Positions 26,167-40,906 of a stretch of DNA of 64,000 bases are shown piece by piece; the first letter of the stretch is position 1; each line of letters opens with the position of its first letter. A model generated the notes under the pieces. That model saw nothing but the letters and a program-made list of their open reading frames with translations. It searched no databases and was not told where the DNA came from. The position numbers were made by a program, and so were the translations under genes. The stretch lies in the NCBI RefSeq assembly GCF_009914755.1, contig NC_060925.1; one strand, written 5' to 3'. Source of the stretch: the human T2T-CHM13v2.0 reference genome, Homo sapiens.

Positions 26167-28952
26167 ATAGCCAGTTTTTAAAACCTTCAAAAATATTGCT
26201 GGGGAAATAAATTTTCTATACTTTCATTCTGTTACAGTCTAAAAAAAACCCAATAAAATGGGTTCACCTGTTCCCTCCTCAAGATATGGTACATGTGGAC
26301 AAATCTTATTATAAAAATAGATTGCCAAATGGGGTTCATTCCTTTATTCTTTCACTCATTCATTCACTCAGCAAATACCTGCTGAGCACCTACCATATGA
26401 GCAACACATGCACAGTGGACACTGGGGTTACAAAAATGAGTAAGTTATGGTCTCTCTTCTCATGGAGCTTGGTGTCTACAAGGGGAGACAGGTATAAGCA
26501 GTTTATTCAGTACAGCTTGACCGCAAGCTAGCATTTACTGTGTTTATGTTGTGCTACTTAATTCTGACAACAATCTTGTAATGCTCATTTATACTTTACA
26601 CACTAGATAATTGAGGCCTGGAGAGGTTAGTAAATTGCCTAAGGTTAATCAAGTAGTAAATGGTAAATCCAGAGTGAAAATCCAGCCTGTGGATTTAACC
26701 ATGTTGTTCTACTGAAAAAAGCTGTAATAGATGAAAATAAACTGGGGCATGAGTATAAAGATGACTAAGCGTTTCTGTCTGTGAGTATTAGAGAAACAGT
26801 CAGAGCCAAGAGAACACTTGAACATTTTTTTCTTTTTTAAAAATTTGAGTTAAAATATGCATATATAATGTACCATTTTTACCATTTTAAGTGTACAGTT
26901 TAATTACATTTATATTATTTTTTCCTCCTTCAAACCCTCTCCCACTCCTCTTCCTGGCCTCTGGTAACTACTAATCTACTCTTTATCTTCATGAGATCCA
27001 CATTTTTAGTTTCTGCATATGAGTAAAAAACATGCAATATTTATCTTTCTATGCTTGGGTTATTTCAGTTATAATGGCCTCCAGTTCCATCCATGTTGCT
27101 GCAAATGACAGGATTTCATTCTTTTTTATGTGAATAATATTTCATTGTATATGTATACCACATTTTATTTATTCATTCATCCATTGGTAGGCACTTAGGT
27201 TGATTCCATATTTTGGCTATTGTGAATAGTGCTGCAATAAACATGGGAGTGCAGCTTTATATTCGATATATTGATTTCCTTTCTTTTGGATATATACCCA
27301 GTAGTGGAATTGCTGGGTCATATGGAACCTTCATACTGTCCTCTATGGTGATTGTACTAATTTACCTTCCCACCTACATTGTATAAGAGTTCCCTTTTCT
27401 CACATTTTCACCAGCATCTGGTATTACCTGCCTTTTTGATACAAACTATTTTAACTGAAGTGAGATGACACTATATTGTGATTTTGATTTGCATTTCTCT
27501 GATTAGTGATGTTGGACATTTTTTCATATAACTGTATGCCATTTCTATGTCTTCTTTGGAAGATCTGTTAATTCTCTTCAACTCTTTTGCCCAGTTTTTA
27601 ATTTGTTTTTTTTTTTTATTGTTGAGTTGTTTGAGCTCCTTATATATTCTGGTTATTAATTTCTTGTCAAATGAATAGTTCACAAGTATTTCCTGCCATT
27701 CAGTGGGTTGTCTCTTCACTTCGTTGATTGTTTGCTTTGCTTTGCAGAAGCTGTTTAGCTTCATATAGTCCCAATTGTGTATTTTTGCTTTGGTTGTGTG
27801 TGCTTTTGAGGTCTTCCACAAGAAATTTTTGTCCAGATCAATGTCCTGGAACATTTCTCTAATGTTTTCTTCTAGTCATTTTATATTTTTGGGTTTTGGA
27901 TTCAAGTTTTTAATCAATTTTATTTGATTTTTATATATAGTTAGAGATATAGGTCTATTTTCATTTTTCTGCATATAGTTACCCACTTTTCCCAGCACCA
28001 TCTATGGAAAAGACTGTCCTCTCCCACTGTAAGTTCTTAGAATCTTTGTCAAAGATGAATTGGTGGTAAATGCGTGGACTTATATCTGGGTTCTCTATTT
28101 TGTTCCATTAGTCCATGTGCCTGTTTTTATGCCAGTACCATGCTGTTTTGGTTACGGTAGCTTTGTAAAAAACTTTGAAGTCAGATGATGTGATGCCTCT
28201 AACTTTGTTCTTTTTGCTCAGGGTGGCTTTGGCTATTTGGAGTCTTTTGTGGTTCCACATACATTTTAGGGGTTTTTTTTTATTTCTGTGAAGAATGTCA
28301 TTGGCATTTTGATAGAGATTGCATTGAATCTGTACATTGCTTTGGGTAGTATTGCCATTTTAACAATATTATTTCTTCTAATCCATGAGCATGGAATACC
28401 TTTCCTTTTTTTGTGTCCTCTTCTATTTCTTTCATCAGAGTTTTACAGTTCTTCTTGTGTAGATCTTTCACTTCTTTGGTTAGATTGATTCCCAGGTATT
28501 TTATATTTTTTGTAGCTATTGGAAATGGCATTGGTTCCTTGATTTCTTTTTCAGATTGTTGGCTGTTAGTAAATATGAATGCTGTTGATTTATGCATGTT
28601 GGTTTTGTATTCTGCAACTTTACTGAATTCGTTTGTCAGTTCTAACAGTTTTTTTGGTGGAGTGTTTAGGTTTTTCTAGCCATAAGATCATGTTGAGTTC
28701 GAACAAGGGTAATTTGACTTCTTCCTTTCCAATTTAGATGTCCTTTATTTCTTTTTTTGCCTAATTGCTCTGGCCAGGACTTCCAGTATTATGTTGAATA
28801 ATAGTGGCGAAAGTGGGTATCGTTGTTGTGTTCCATTCTTTAGAGGAAAGGCCTTCAATTTTCCTCCATTCAGTACGATGTTAGCCATGGATTTGTCATA
28901 GATGGCCATTATTATTTTGAGGTATGTTCCTTCTGTATCTATTTTCTGAGGA

Positions 28953-29241
28953 TTTTTTTTTTTTTGAGACGGAGTTTTGCTGTCACCCAGGCTGGAGTGC
29001 AGTGATCTTGACTCACTGCAACCTCCGCCTCCTGGATTCAAGCAGTTCTCCTGCCTCAGCCTCCCAAGTAGCTGGGATTACAGGCACCTACCACTATGCC
29101 CGGTTAATTTTTGTATTTTTGGTAGAGACGGGGTTTCACCATGTTGGCCATGGCTGGTCTCAAACTCATGACCTCAAGTCATCTGCCTGTCTCAGCCTCC
29201 CAAAGTGCTGGGATTATAGGCGTGAGCTGCCGAGCCTGGCC
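28953..29241 (-). mobile_element. Alu (AluS-like), antisense, nested in L1
   Basis: Poly-T start; TSD tgaggattttt on both sides. Confidence 0.95.
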
Positions 29242-29403
29242 TCATGAGGATTTTTATCATAAAGGGATGTTGAATTTTATCACATACTTTTTCAGCATCT
29301 ATTGAAATAATCACGTATTTTTTGTTCTTGATTCTATTCATGTGGTATATAACATTTATTGATTTGCATATATTGAGCCATCCTTGTACCAATGAAGTAA
29401 AAC

Positions 29404-29702
29404 TTTTTTTTTTTTTTTTGGAGACGGAGTCTCGCTCTGTCACCCAGGCTGGAGTGCAGTTGTGCGATCTCGGCTCACTGCAAGCTCCGCCTCATGGGTT
29501 CACGCCATTCTTCTGCGTCAGCCTCCCGAGTAACTCGGACTACAGGCACCTGCCACCACGCCCGGCTAATTTTTTTGTATTTTTAGTAGAGACGGGATTT
29601 CACTGTGTTAGCCAGGATGGTCTCGATTTCCTGACCTCGTGATCCGCCTGCCTCAGCCTCCTGAAGTGCTGGGATTACAGGCGTGAGCCACCATGCCTGG
29701 CC
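29404..29702 (-). mobile_element. AluY-like, antisense, nested in L1
   Basis: Y-diagnostic caagctccgcc, ggttcacgccattc and gttagccaggatggtctcgat; approximate TSD atgaagt.aa.cttt. Confidence 0.95.
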
Positions 29703-30681
29703 ATGAAGTGAATCTTTGTTGATAATGGTGAATGATCTATTTAATGTGTTGTTGCATTTGTTTTGCAAGTATTTGGTTGAGGATTTTTGTATCTGTGTTC
29801 TTCAGTGACACTGGCTTGTAGTTTTCCTTCTTTGTTGTATCCTTCTCTAGTTTTAGTATCAGGTAATGCTGGCTTTGTAGAATGAGTTCGAAAGTATTTC
29901 CTCTTCTTCCATTTTTAAAAAATAGTTTGAGTAGGATTAATATTCATTCTTTTTTAAATATTTGGTAGAATACAGCAGTGAATCCGTCAGGACCTGGGCC
30001 TTTCTTTGATAGGAGAATTTTTATACAGCCTCAATCTCATTACTTGTTACTGGTTTGTTGAGGTTTTCTATTTCTTCATGGTTCAATCTTGGTAGGTTGT
30101 ATGTGTCCAGGCATTTATCCATTTCTTCTAAGTTTTCTGATTTGTTTGGTATATAATTGTTCATAGTAGCCGTCTCTTATGAGTCTTTGTATTTCTGAGG
30201 TCTCAGTTGTTAGGTCTCCTTTTTCATTCCTGGCTTTATTTATTTGGGTCTTCTCTCTCTTTTTCTTAGCTTACCTAGAGGTTTATTGATTTTGTATATT
30301 GTTTCAAAAAAAACAACCTTTTATTTTGTCGAAATTTTTTTCTTTTTAGTTTCAATTTTCTTAATTTTTGCTCTGGTCTTTATTATTTCTTTCCTTCTAG
30401 TAATTTTGGCTTTAGTTTGTTCTTGCTTTTCCAGTTCCTTGAGGTGTATTGTTAGGTTGTTAATTTGAAGTCTTTCTACTTTTTCGATATAGGTGTTTAT
30501 TGCTATAAACTTTCCTCTTAGTACTTCTTTTGCTGTATCCCATATGTTTTTGTATATTTCCATTTTAATTTGTTTCAAGAAATTTTTAAATTTCCTTCCT
30601 AATTTCTTCATTGACTCATTGGTTGTTTAATTTCCATGTGTTTATGTATTTTCCAAGTTTCCTTTTGTTATTTAGTTGTAA

Positions 30682-31039
<358 letters not shown>

Positions 31040-31909
31040 AATTTCTGTGTTTTTGAATTTGTACAGACTCGTTTTGTGGACTATGGTCTATTCTAGAAAA
31101 TGTTCCATGTGCTAATGAAAAGAATATAAATTCTGCAGCAGTTGGGTAAAATATTCAGTAAATGTCAATAAGGCCTATTAGATCTTGAACCTGGGTTTTA
31201 AAAGATGAATTGGAGTTTACCAAGAGAAGAAAATACATTGCAGACAGAAAGGAGCTTGTACAAATGTACATTTTATGATTCCTCTGACAGCAAAATGTAT
31301 CTTCCCAGTTATTCTGTATTTTTAGTCAGTAAGTCATTTCCGTTCCTTGAAAACAAACACGTCAATGGGGAATATATATGTGGGTAAAGACTAGACCAGA
31401 AACAGTCCTGAATCATGTTGGGTAAAAGGGGCAAGGCATCATAAAGTTTAAATTGACAGAGGCCAATGCTAGATCACCCTGGACTGTTTGGGAGCTATGC
31501 CAAACATTTCAAATACTTTGTTTAATAAACCATACTTGTCTCTCCTAAAGGTATATGAAAGTGGGTAACCTGGAAGGTCTCCTGACATTTGCCCCACAGT
31601 CATCTTGTAGAAAAAAGTTACAAATTAACAAAAAAGAATGGGCTTTCTTGGCAGCCCCAGACAGAGAAACTCAATGTGTTTGCTTTTAGACGTCAGCTCT
31701 ACCAAGAGCACAGATAATTTCCTAGTCGTATTTTGATTATTTATTATCTGATTACCAGAAAAGGGCTAATCAAACAAATTCCTCCTGCCTCCCTTTCCCA
31801 TGGTCAAATAGAAGGAATTCGAGACATTTGGGATTGCAGAGCACATTCTGACATCATCTGTATGAAGCCTCTTCTTTCTGCAGAATTCCGTATCTCAGGA
31901 AATAGCACT

Positions 31910-32375
31910 TCTTGTATCCTTCTATCCAGCCATTCAAGCTGGAAACTTGGAGTTCAGGCTTGACTCTTTCCTCTCCCTCCCCTGACACACTCTTCAGTAC
32001 ACCCCTCCACATGCACACACTGCCACCATGTATCACCTGTCTTATGTCCAGGTGTCCCACCACCTATCTCCTGAGTCCCTCAAGTGTGTTTGTACCCCAC
32101 TGCTACTCAGCTAGCCTTAGCCACTATCATCCCTTATTGACACTCCTCACCAACCTCCTGACTGGTCTTCCTACCTTTAGGCTCTTGTTATCCATTTCTG
32201 TTCTCCATACTGGAGCCTGAAAGATCTTTGGAAATGTAGATCTGAGAGTCATTCTCCTCCTTAACAAGACTGTATAATCTGGCCCTTCAGTCTACACTCT
32301 CACCATGAAGGACTTCATTTTTTTCAAACATGGCCAGTCCTGACTGCAGGGCTTTGCACTGGCAGTTACCCGATA
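31910..32375 (+). mobile_element. L2 LINE fragment
   Basis: aacctcctgactggtcttcctacc...tccatttctgttctccatactggagcc...gaaatgtagatctga. Confidence 0.6.
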
Positions 32376-33378
32376 AAATGATAATAATTGCCAACATTTA
32401 TTATCACTCTGGGTGTGTCAGATACTGAGCTAAGCTCTTGAAGTACATGTTCATGTAGTATCCTGTGAGTTATGTAAGAGGTACTGTTCACCACATTTTA
32501 TGAAGAAAGGCTTAAAGAGGTTATGAAGTTTGTCCAACTCTAAGCTTCTCCTTGTTGTTTCTTAGCTAGATTAGTAAGTATGTAATCAACTGGGGATCAT
32601 GCCTTAACAGTATTTTGAGGCAAGTGATAATGTCAGCCAGTGTGCTGTTGTAACATGATTTATATTCAGAAGATCTGGGCTGCAGTGCTGACGCTGAGCA
32701 GCAGTGTGACTCTGGATAACCTCTGAGAGTCAGTTTTCTCATCTGCAAAATGGGGTTTATATTAATACCTGTCTTAGATGATTGTTGCATGGATCAGAGC
32801 CAAGCAATATTCCTATAACTTAGTTGATGATCCATAATGTGTGAAAAAAATATGCATGTTAAATGAATGAAAATGCCAAGGGTTTCCCCTGTAAGTTGTG
32901 TCCTTTGATTAAAAGAGAAAAAAAATAGATCCATGCACAAGCCTGCCTTTGGCTCACTCTATAGCACTTTTCATGTTATCACGAGAGCTGGGATAAATTA
33001 GAGATGGTGCAGGACTTATAACCCTATAATTAAACATTTGGGGGGAGGTCAAAACATTTTATGCTTAATAGAAATGAAATTCTATGTAACCTCACAGAAT
33101 AGAAAAAAATCCAAGGATGTATTTGAAATGGTCTAGTTTAATTTAAAATGTGCTTCAAAATGTGTTTTCATACCTTTACTGAATGAGAATTCTTTAATTT
33201 AAAAAATTGCTGTGTTAAACACCCTCTTCTTCATGCATTTGGACCCTGTTCCCACTATTCCTATCTATATTAAGAGAGGATGTGGTATCACTTCCAGAAG
33301 ATGTTGGTTGGTGTGATAACCTGCTTATGAAGAGGAAGTTGCTGGAGGAATTAATTTCCTTTTGCTGTGCTCCCTTAG

Positions 33379-33501
33379 GTCTCAGAATGCAGTTGGCCCA
33401 TTAGGCAGGCTCCCAGTCTGCACAACCTTTTTGCTGTGTGTCGGAATATGTATAACTGGCTACTGCAGAATCCCAAAAATGTCTGTGTTGTCCACTGCTT
33501 G
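33379..33501 (+). CDS. DNAJC6: DNAJC6 exon 5 (123 nt, phase 0-0): VSECSWPIRQAPSLHNLFAVCRNMYNWLLQNPKNVCVVHCL
   Basis: tcccttag| acceptor; TTG|gtgagt donor; not in the ORF track, translated by hand; ends with the HC of the P-loop. Confidence 0.95.
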
Positions 33502-34824
33502 GTGAGTAACCTTTTGTTGTTGGTGGTGATGGTTTGGTTTGGTCAAATATGGATGAGCCTGTACACAATGGTAGACAGGTAACATTTGAGTTCAATAGGA
33601 TTTACTGAGCCCATATTTAGGAATTGGGTAATGTGAGAGTTGTAAAAATAAGAAAGGGATTTATTATTCTTGACTTAAAGCTTGACTACTAGTGGGAAAG
33701 GCAGATGTATACACAACTCACATAGTGTGGGGACTCTAGAATGTGCTAAGTATTATAAAGGAGGTAGAAACAGGAGTAGTGTGTGCACAGCTAAAAATGC
33801 CATTGACTTTTGTGTGAATAAAGTTAACATTAACATATTGGCGTATTTATTTTTTCTTCCTGTTTGTGTTTGAATAAAAATAAAAGAAAAAAGATACCTA
33901 TGTCCTTGTAAGAAGTCACATAGATTGACTGTATTTTAGAGCATTCCCAGTGAGACTAATGGTTTTTCTGACCATTGACTTCCTAGAGTTCCTTTCCCTA
34001 ACTCTTCTCAGAACTCTTGCCTGTCCTTTACAACTCAACTTTCAGTAAAATCCTTCTGACTCTTGAGTATTTTCACAATACAGACATTCCCATTATATCT
34101 AAATGTCTTCTGTGGCTTTTAATACTCTGTGTCATAGTAAGCTCTTCTCCTGCATATTTTCCCACTAGACTATTATAATCTTGCAGGAAAGAACCATGCC
34201 TTTTTTTAAACTTTTGTACTGCAGGCATAAAAGGCTTCAATAAGTGATTGAATACACAAATGGAATCTGAGCATTAATGCTGGAAATTTCAAAGCTTCTA
34301 TAAATTTTAAAGCTTCTATAAACTTTAGTGTATATGTTTTTGCTATAGTATTACTTGATGATTCCCAACCCCCTGTCCTTTCTTGAGAGCCAGTTGGCTA
34401 AAACAGGAAAGAAAGTTAAAGAACATTTTTTCTTTCTTTTTACTTCACATCTCCAAACTCTTGGCAATAAAGGGATAACACTTGGTGTTTGTAAGAATTT
34501 AATGTTAAAGACCAAAGGATTTTCCTTTCCAAGGCACAGCAGATGGTGTAACAGAACAGATTACTTTTAGGGACTAAGCAACCTTAAGGACCTTGGTGAT
34601 TTTCTCTTTACTCAAGAATTTGCTGTAAGTTCAGAGAGCCTACATCTGACAACTTGATGGAGGAAAGATGGCTCAATGGAGACCAGAAACTCCCAGTTCC
34701 AGTGATTCTTCATAAAGAATAAAAACCCAATGAAGAAGAAAAAAGAAGAGGCAAACAAAAGATTATGGTTCTACAGGGTGCTCAATAAGCTCACTCAAAA
34801 AGGACATGCATATGTTGGAAATGA

Positions 34825-35189
<365 letters not shown>

Positions 35190-35200
35190 TCTTATTTTTA

Positions 35201-35560
<360 letters not shown>

Positions 35561-35899
35561 CTAGTCTTTTAATAAAAAACCAAAGTTTTTAAAAGACCTG
35601 CATCACAGGTAAAAAGAGAGGCTACATATCCAAGAGCCATGGATCTGTGAAAAGAGTGTCAGGAAGGCTAAATTCTGAAAATAAATCAGATTAAGAAAAA
35701 TATCCTTTTTTTAAAACTGTGTTTGGAATAAGAACAACAACAATTTCTTGAAGCATGTGGTATAATCTTAACTCCTTTATTCTGTTTTCTTTATCAGAGG
35801 GAACAAATGTCAAACTAGGAAGAACGTAACAATGATGTTTAAGACAAAGCTGGTAGGTAGCAAGATAGTACGAGAGCCTCACAATCCTCCAAATTAATT

Positions 35900-37180
35900 C
35901 ACTCTCAAGGCTTAAATTATGTGACACAATACCGAAAGCACTTGGAGAAGCAATTATGGATTTCATTTGTAATATGAAGAAACAGGAAGGAGAGGTGCCA
36001 GGCAAATGAAGAGAGGAGATTTTTTCCCAAAGTATGGAAGGAGGTTGATCCTGGAAAGTTGTAGGCTTGTGAACCTGGTGGTAATTCAAGGCACAATTCT
36101 GAGAAAGTTTTGCACAGAAGATTTTAAACTCTTAGCAAAAAAGGAATCTCCATTGGTTTGTTATGAGCACATATCAAACCAACAGAACATTTCACATGAC
36201 TAATAGACTAGTTGAGATAGTTTATTGGAGTCCTGCAAGATATTTCTTAGTTTTTTCTAGTCAAGATTGAGAAATTTGGCTAGGTTGTTATATATTTAGT
36301 TGAGTTGAGGCTGAATATCTGCTTCCAAAGGTAGGTGATTAATGGATCACCTTTCTCCTGGGAGAAGGCTTTATTTAGTTATTCATTTTAATCAACAACT
36401 TTGATGAAGATGTGGAAATTCAGCTTATCAATTTTCTTAGAATTATAAGGGTCACATAGTGAATTTGGATTTTAAAAGTTCTTGTAGGTTGGTCACTTAA
36501 CAAAAATTAATAATATGAAATTAAATACAAGATAAATGTAAAGTCCTGAATTCTGGTTTTAAAAAATTAAACATATTTGCACATTACCTTAACATGTCAT
36601 CTGGAAAAAATCTAGGGGTTTTAGTGGATAGAGAGAATAATAAAAGCTTATGTTGTTACTTAGCCTACATTTATACTAGCTTGGGCTGGGGTTATGTTAA
36701 TAAAAGCATAGTGTCCAGAATAAAGAAGATGATATTTCTTCTCTAGTTTGGTCAGAATATATCTCATATCTTTCATTTCACATCTGGGCAGCATTTAAGG
36801 TTGTCATTTTAAAACTTGAATTTGTTTAGAAGAAATGTGCTAAATGATGATGTCTCTTAAAATGGAAAATCAAGTGAGGAAGAATAGAAGGGATTGAGTT
36901 TGTTTTAAAAGGGAAATAGAAGCATTGATAGAAAGGGAGGGTATTTCAGATATGTGAAGGACTGCCATAGGAAGAAAGGAGTAGGTTTATTTTTTGTTCT
37001 CACAAAAGGATGAGGGTCATTTAGTGGAAGCTATGGAGGAATGAAAGTCAACTCAACATATTCAGTATAAGGAAGAGCTCTGTAAACTGGAATGGGCTAC
37101 TTCAAGTATGAGTAATCTCCCTGTCACTTAAAGTGTTCTAGAAGAAGCTAGGTCACATCTGTCAGGGATGTTACTGAATT
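35900..37180 (+). mobile_element. CR1/L3 LINE fossil (RT region to 3' end), probably resuming at about 37700-37765
   Basis: Degenerate CR1-like text: gatcctggaaagttgtaggcttgtgaacctg (resembles DPGNYRPVSL), aaatgtaaagtcctg, ctaggggttttagtgga, agcatagtgtccagaa, ggaatgggctac...tccctgtcact...gtcagggatg. Confidence 0.65.
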
Positions 37181-37181
37181 T

Positions 37182-37699
37182 TGTCTTAATTAGCTTGAGC
37201 TGCTGTAACAAATATACCATAGACCGGGTGGCTTAAACAACAGGAATGTAGTTCTGGAGGCTGGAAAGTCCAAGATCAAGGTGACTGCAGTTCTTTTCTT
37301 TCTTTTTTTCTTTTCGAAGAGTTGGGGTTTCACCATGTTGCCCAGGCTGGTCTCGACCTCCTGAGCTTAGGCAATCTGCTCGCCTTGGCCTCTCAAAGTG
37401 CTGGGATTACAGACATGAGCCACTGTGCCCAACCAAGGTGCCTGCACTTGTAATGTCTGGTGAGGGCCTGCTTCTGGGGTGGCAGATGGCTGTCTTCTTG
37501 TTTTTCACATTGGCCAAGGGCAGAGGGAGTTGACAGCAAGCTCTTTTGTCTGTTCTTATAAGGGCACAATTCCCATTCATGAGATCTCCACTCTCCCTAC
37601 CTCATTACCTCCCCAAAGCTCCACCTCCTAATACCATCACATTGGGGTTAGGATTTCAGCATATGAATTCTGGGGCATACAAACATTCAGTCCACAACA
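37182..37699 (-). mobile_element. MLT1A/MSTD-like MaLR solo LTR with a nested Alu monomer
   Basis: tgtctt...gctgctgtaacaaatataccatagaccgggtggcttaaacaaca...aaacattcagtccacaaca; TG...CA ends. Confidence 0.85.
37291..37434 (-). mobile_element. FLAM-like Alu left monomer, antisense
   Basis: Single arm with a T-rich tail; approximate TSD caaggtg(a/c)ctgca. Confidence 0.85.
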
Positions 37700-38169
37700 G
37701 ATTTATTTCTACATTGAATGAAGTTGAATCTGGTGAAGGTTCTTTATTTTATACGAATCTAGGAACATACTTTGCATGAGATACATATATGCCATATCCC
37801 AACAAGCAGCATTTACCTAACCTGTGAGCTCGTTACTTCCAGTCCTAAACCAAGAGACTTCAACTATTAATTCAACAAGTCCAAAATTACTTTGAAGATT
37901 ATATTATTTTTCACCAAATATATACAAATCAAATTGGGCTTCTCAGATTAGAATCAATTTTATTCTAAGGATAAGTCTTTCCTTGCTGCCTTTGATTTAA
38001 AAAGCTGAAACAAATTTTGGTTTTCAAGTGAATAATTTTTAAATGAAAAGCACCCACAGTTAAGAGGATTTCTCCTCTCTCTGTCTCTTAATTGCAAATT
38101 CTGCCATTTTCAATGGAGAATGGCTGATTTGATCATGTTCATAATGATTTTATGCATTTTCTTTGACAG

Positions 38170-38303
38170 GATGGACGGGCGGCATCATCAATTCTGGTTG
38201 GTGCTATGTTCATTTTCTGTAATCTCTACTCTACTCCTGGCCCAGCCATTCGATTGCTATATGCAAAGCGACCAGGAATTGGACTTTCACCATCCCATAG
38301 GAG
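38170..38303 (+). CDS. DNAJC6: DNAJC6 exon 6 (134 nt, phase 0-2): DGRAASSILVGAMFIFCNLYSTPGPAIRLLYAKRPGIGLSPSHR(R)
   Basis: ctttgacag| acceptor; GGAG|gtaaag donor; PSHRRY corresponds to PTEN PSQRRY. Confidence 0.95.
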
Positions 38304-38411
38304 GTAAAGTAAGCTAGATGCAGGCTAGGCACAGATGTAGTCTAATTGGTATCATGTACTGTTTTAAATCTGCCTTACAAATCCTTTCATAAGTTTCTTT
38401 TACTTTATCTC

Positions 38412-38775
38412 TGTATTAGTCCATTTTAATATTGCTATGAAGAACTACTTGAGACTGGGTAATTTATAAAGAAAAAGAGTTTCAATGGATTCACAGTTCC
38501 ACATGGCTGGGGAAGCCTCACAATCATGGTGGAAGGGGAAGGAGGAGCAAAGGCACATCTTACATGGTGGCGGGGAAGAGAGCGTGTGCAGGGAAACTGC
38601 CCTTTATGAAACCATCAGATCTCATGAGACTTATTCACTATCATGAGAACAGCATGGGAAAACCCGCCCCCATGATTCAATTACCTCCCACCGGATCCCT
38701 CCCACAACACGTTGGGGATTATGGGAGCTACAATTCAAGATGAGATTTGGATGGGGACATAGCCAAACCACATCA
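38412..38775 (-). mobile_element. THE1 (B/C-like) MaLR solo LTR
   Basis: tgtattagtccatttt...aaaccatcagatctcatgagacttattcactatcatgagaacagcatggg...agccaaaccacatca; TSD atctc/atctg. Confidence 0.92.
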
Positions 38776-39688
38776 ATCTGACATTATCCTGAACTATGCA
38801 AAAACTGAATTGGATTAGGATATTAGATTGTCATTCAGTTTGTAAGCCCCCATACGAAAATTTATGATGTTAAAACTAGAAGGAAACTTTAAAGAATACT
38901 TATATCCAACTTCCCTCATTTTACAGGTGAGGAAACTGGGACTCAAGACAGGTTGTGATTTGCCTCAGGTCTAATGCCCAGTGGACAGAGCCAGAACAGC
39001 ATTCTTGATCCCAAGCTCTAAGACCAGTCCCTTTTTGTTTTATTATACAGGTCTTTATTGAAAAACAGCAGTAGCTGGTTATACTTATCACTGGTGATCC
39101 TCCTGTGGGAAACCTGATTTAACAAAGGGAAATGCAAAAATACATAGAGAATAAAGCGTTTTAAAATTCACTTTTTCATGTAACTCTGATATAGAAATAA
39201 AAGATTACAAAAGATAATCTGAAAAATGGAATAAAAAAGAAAACTGTTTTTAGATAACATTGATTTTTCTTTTATCACAATTTCTTCATTTTTTTAAAAA
39301 CTACATCTCCTTAATTTTTTGGATTAAAAGTGCTTCTGATGATAAAATTCTAAAATTTATCCAAAGCCAAATTTTAGCTGATAAATTGGATCTGCTAGAT
39401 AAAATAGGAATAGATGTTCAAATATTGAAGTACTATAAAATTCCCATAAGCTTTTTGATTTAATAAATACCCCAGTATCAGTTCATTGGGGAAGTACAGC
39501 AATCTCAGTAGATAAAATGTTTCCTAAATTATTGATCGCATTATCTTTTGCTAGTTAATATTTAAGAAATTGATAGAATAAGTTTTTATTATAACAGTAA
39601 TTTGCAAGAAGAATCTTCATAGCAAATATTGATTGCTTGCTTCTCCTGATGTGATGGGCCCCAAGAGAGTGCCAACCTTCTGTTTCAG

Positions 39689-39883
39689 ATACCTGGGCTA
39701 TATGTGTGACCTACTGGCAGACAAGCCCTACCGCCCTCACTTCAAGCCTCTCACAATTAAGTCGATCACTGTCAGTCCAATACCCTTTTTCAACAAACAG
39801 AGGAATGGATGTCGCCCTTACTGTGATGTACTCATTGGAGAAACCAAAATATATTCGACTTGCACAGATTTTGAACGAATGAA
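39689..39883 (+). CDS. DNAJC6: DNAJC6 exon 7 (195 nt, phase 2-2): YLGYMCDLLADKPYRPHFKPLTIKSITVSPIPFFNKQRNGCRPYCDVLIGETKIYSTCTDFERM(K); phosphatase-to-C2 junction
   Basis: tgtttcag| acceptor; TGAA|gtaagt donor; lies within ORF 39633..39887. Confidence 0.96.
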
Positions 39884-40788
39884 GTAAGTCATGATACTTT
39901 ACTTCTTCCTATGTACTTCTCAATTCTCATGTAAATGAGCAGGAATGAGTTGAATCATATTCTTCCTGCAAGACTATATCATTGTGAAATAGCTGATATA
40001 TAAAAAATGTTCAACATCAGTGGTAATCATAGAAAAGTACAAGTAAATCAGGGGATGTTATGGCCCTTTTTCAAATGAAACCATGATATAGGCTAAGGGA
40101 CTAGCATAAGCTGTATACAGGATTAAGACCAAGGGGAACATGGGACACCTGGTCATTGAAGAAGGAGATGGCCTTGATGGGATTAGGTGAGGGTAATGGA
40201 AGAATCACTGATGAATGAGGTTTCTAAGTGAGCAACTAGGTAGACGGTGATGTAATTAAAGAAGTTACAGAATCCATAATAAAGAGCAGGTGCCAGTGGG
40301 TGGTCATAGGGGATGTGGAGAGAAGGGAGTGGGTGGTAACATAACATGAAATTAGTTAGGAATAGATTGAATTTGAGGACTGGCATCCAAGACTTTCACA
40401 GAGCAAGACATTTCTGTTTGTATCCTGATCTCCAGTGGATTTTTTGTTCCCTTTATCTCTGCTTTTAGTATTAATTTAAAGTTAAGAAAAGGCAAATACA
40501 TGGGGGCTAGATGCATTTGAGGAAAATGAGATCTGCAAAGCAGGCATGGGCAATTGCAGTCCAGATGGGATGCAGAGAGGGGGCCTGGCATTAGACCAGC
40601 ACCATCCTACTGCACAACCAGTTGGCACTGGCTGCACTCCTGTTTTTGCTCAAGATAGGAAATAGTTTCTGGGTCCGGGCCTGGGCGAACAGTCCTCTGG
40701 GCCAGAGCCATAGAGAACTATACCTGTGTCTGTGTGATTGTACCAGATTGGACTCTCTTTCAATGTATATTTTGGTCTGTGTTTACAG

Positions 40789-40906
40789 AGAATATCGTGT
40801 CCAAGATGGAAAAATCTTCATTCCCTTGAACATCACTGTGCAAGGAGACGTGGTTGTTTCCATGTATCACTTGAGGTCAACCATTGGGAGCCGGCTACAG
40901 GCTAAG
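40789..40906 (+). CDS. DNAJC6: DNAJC6 exon 8 (118 nt, phase 2-0): EYRVQDGKIFIPLNITVQGDVVVSMYHLRSTIGSRLQAK; C2 domain
   Basis: gtttacag| acceptor; AAG|gtatgg donor; VQGDVV..+YH motif of the PTEN-type C2 domain. Confidence 0.95.

Noticed and set aside
27471-30611. Reverse-transcriptase-like ORFs suggesting an active or novel retroelement
   Set aside because: Fragmented L1 ORF2 with stops, frameshifts and Alu insertions; no intact RT.
34291-34322. Short tandem duplication aaagcttctataaa; similar ones near 62800 and 63795-63845
   Set aside because: Ordinary slippage-type micro-duplications with no further structure.
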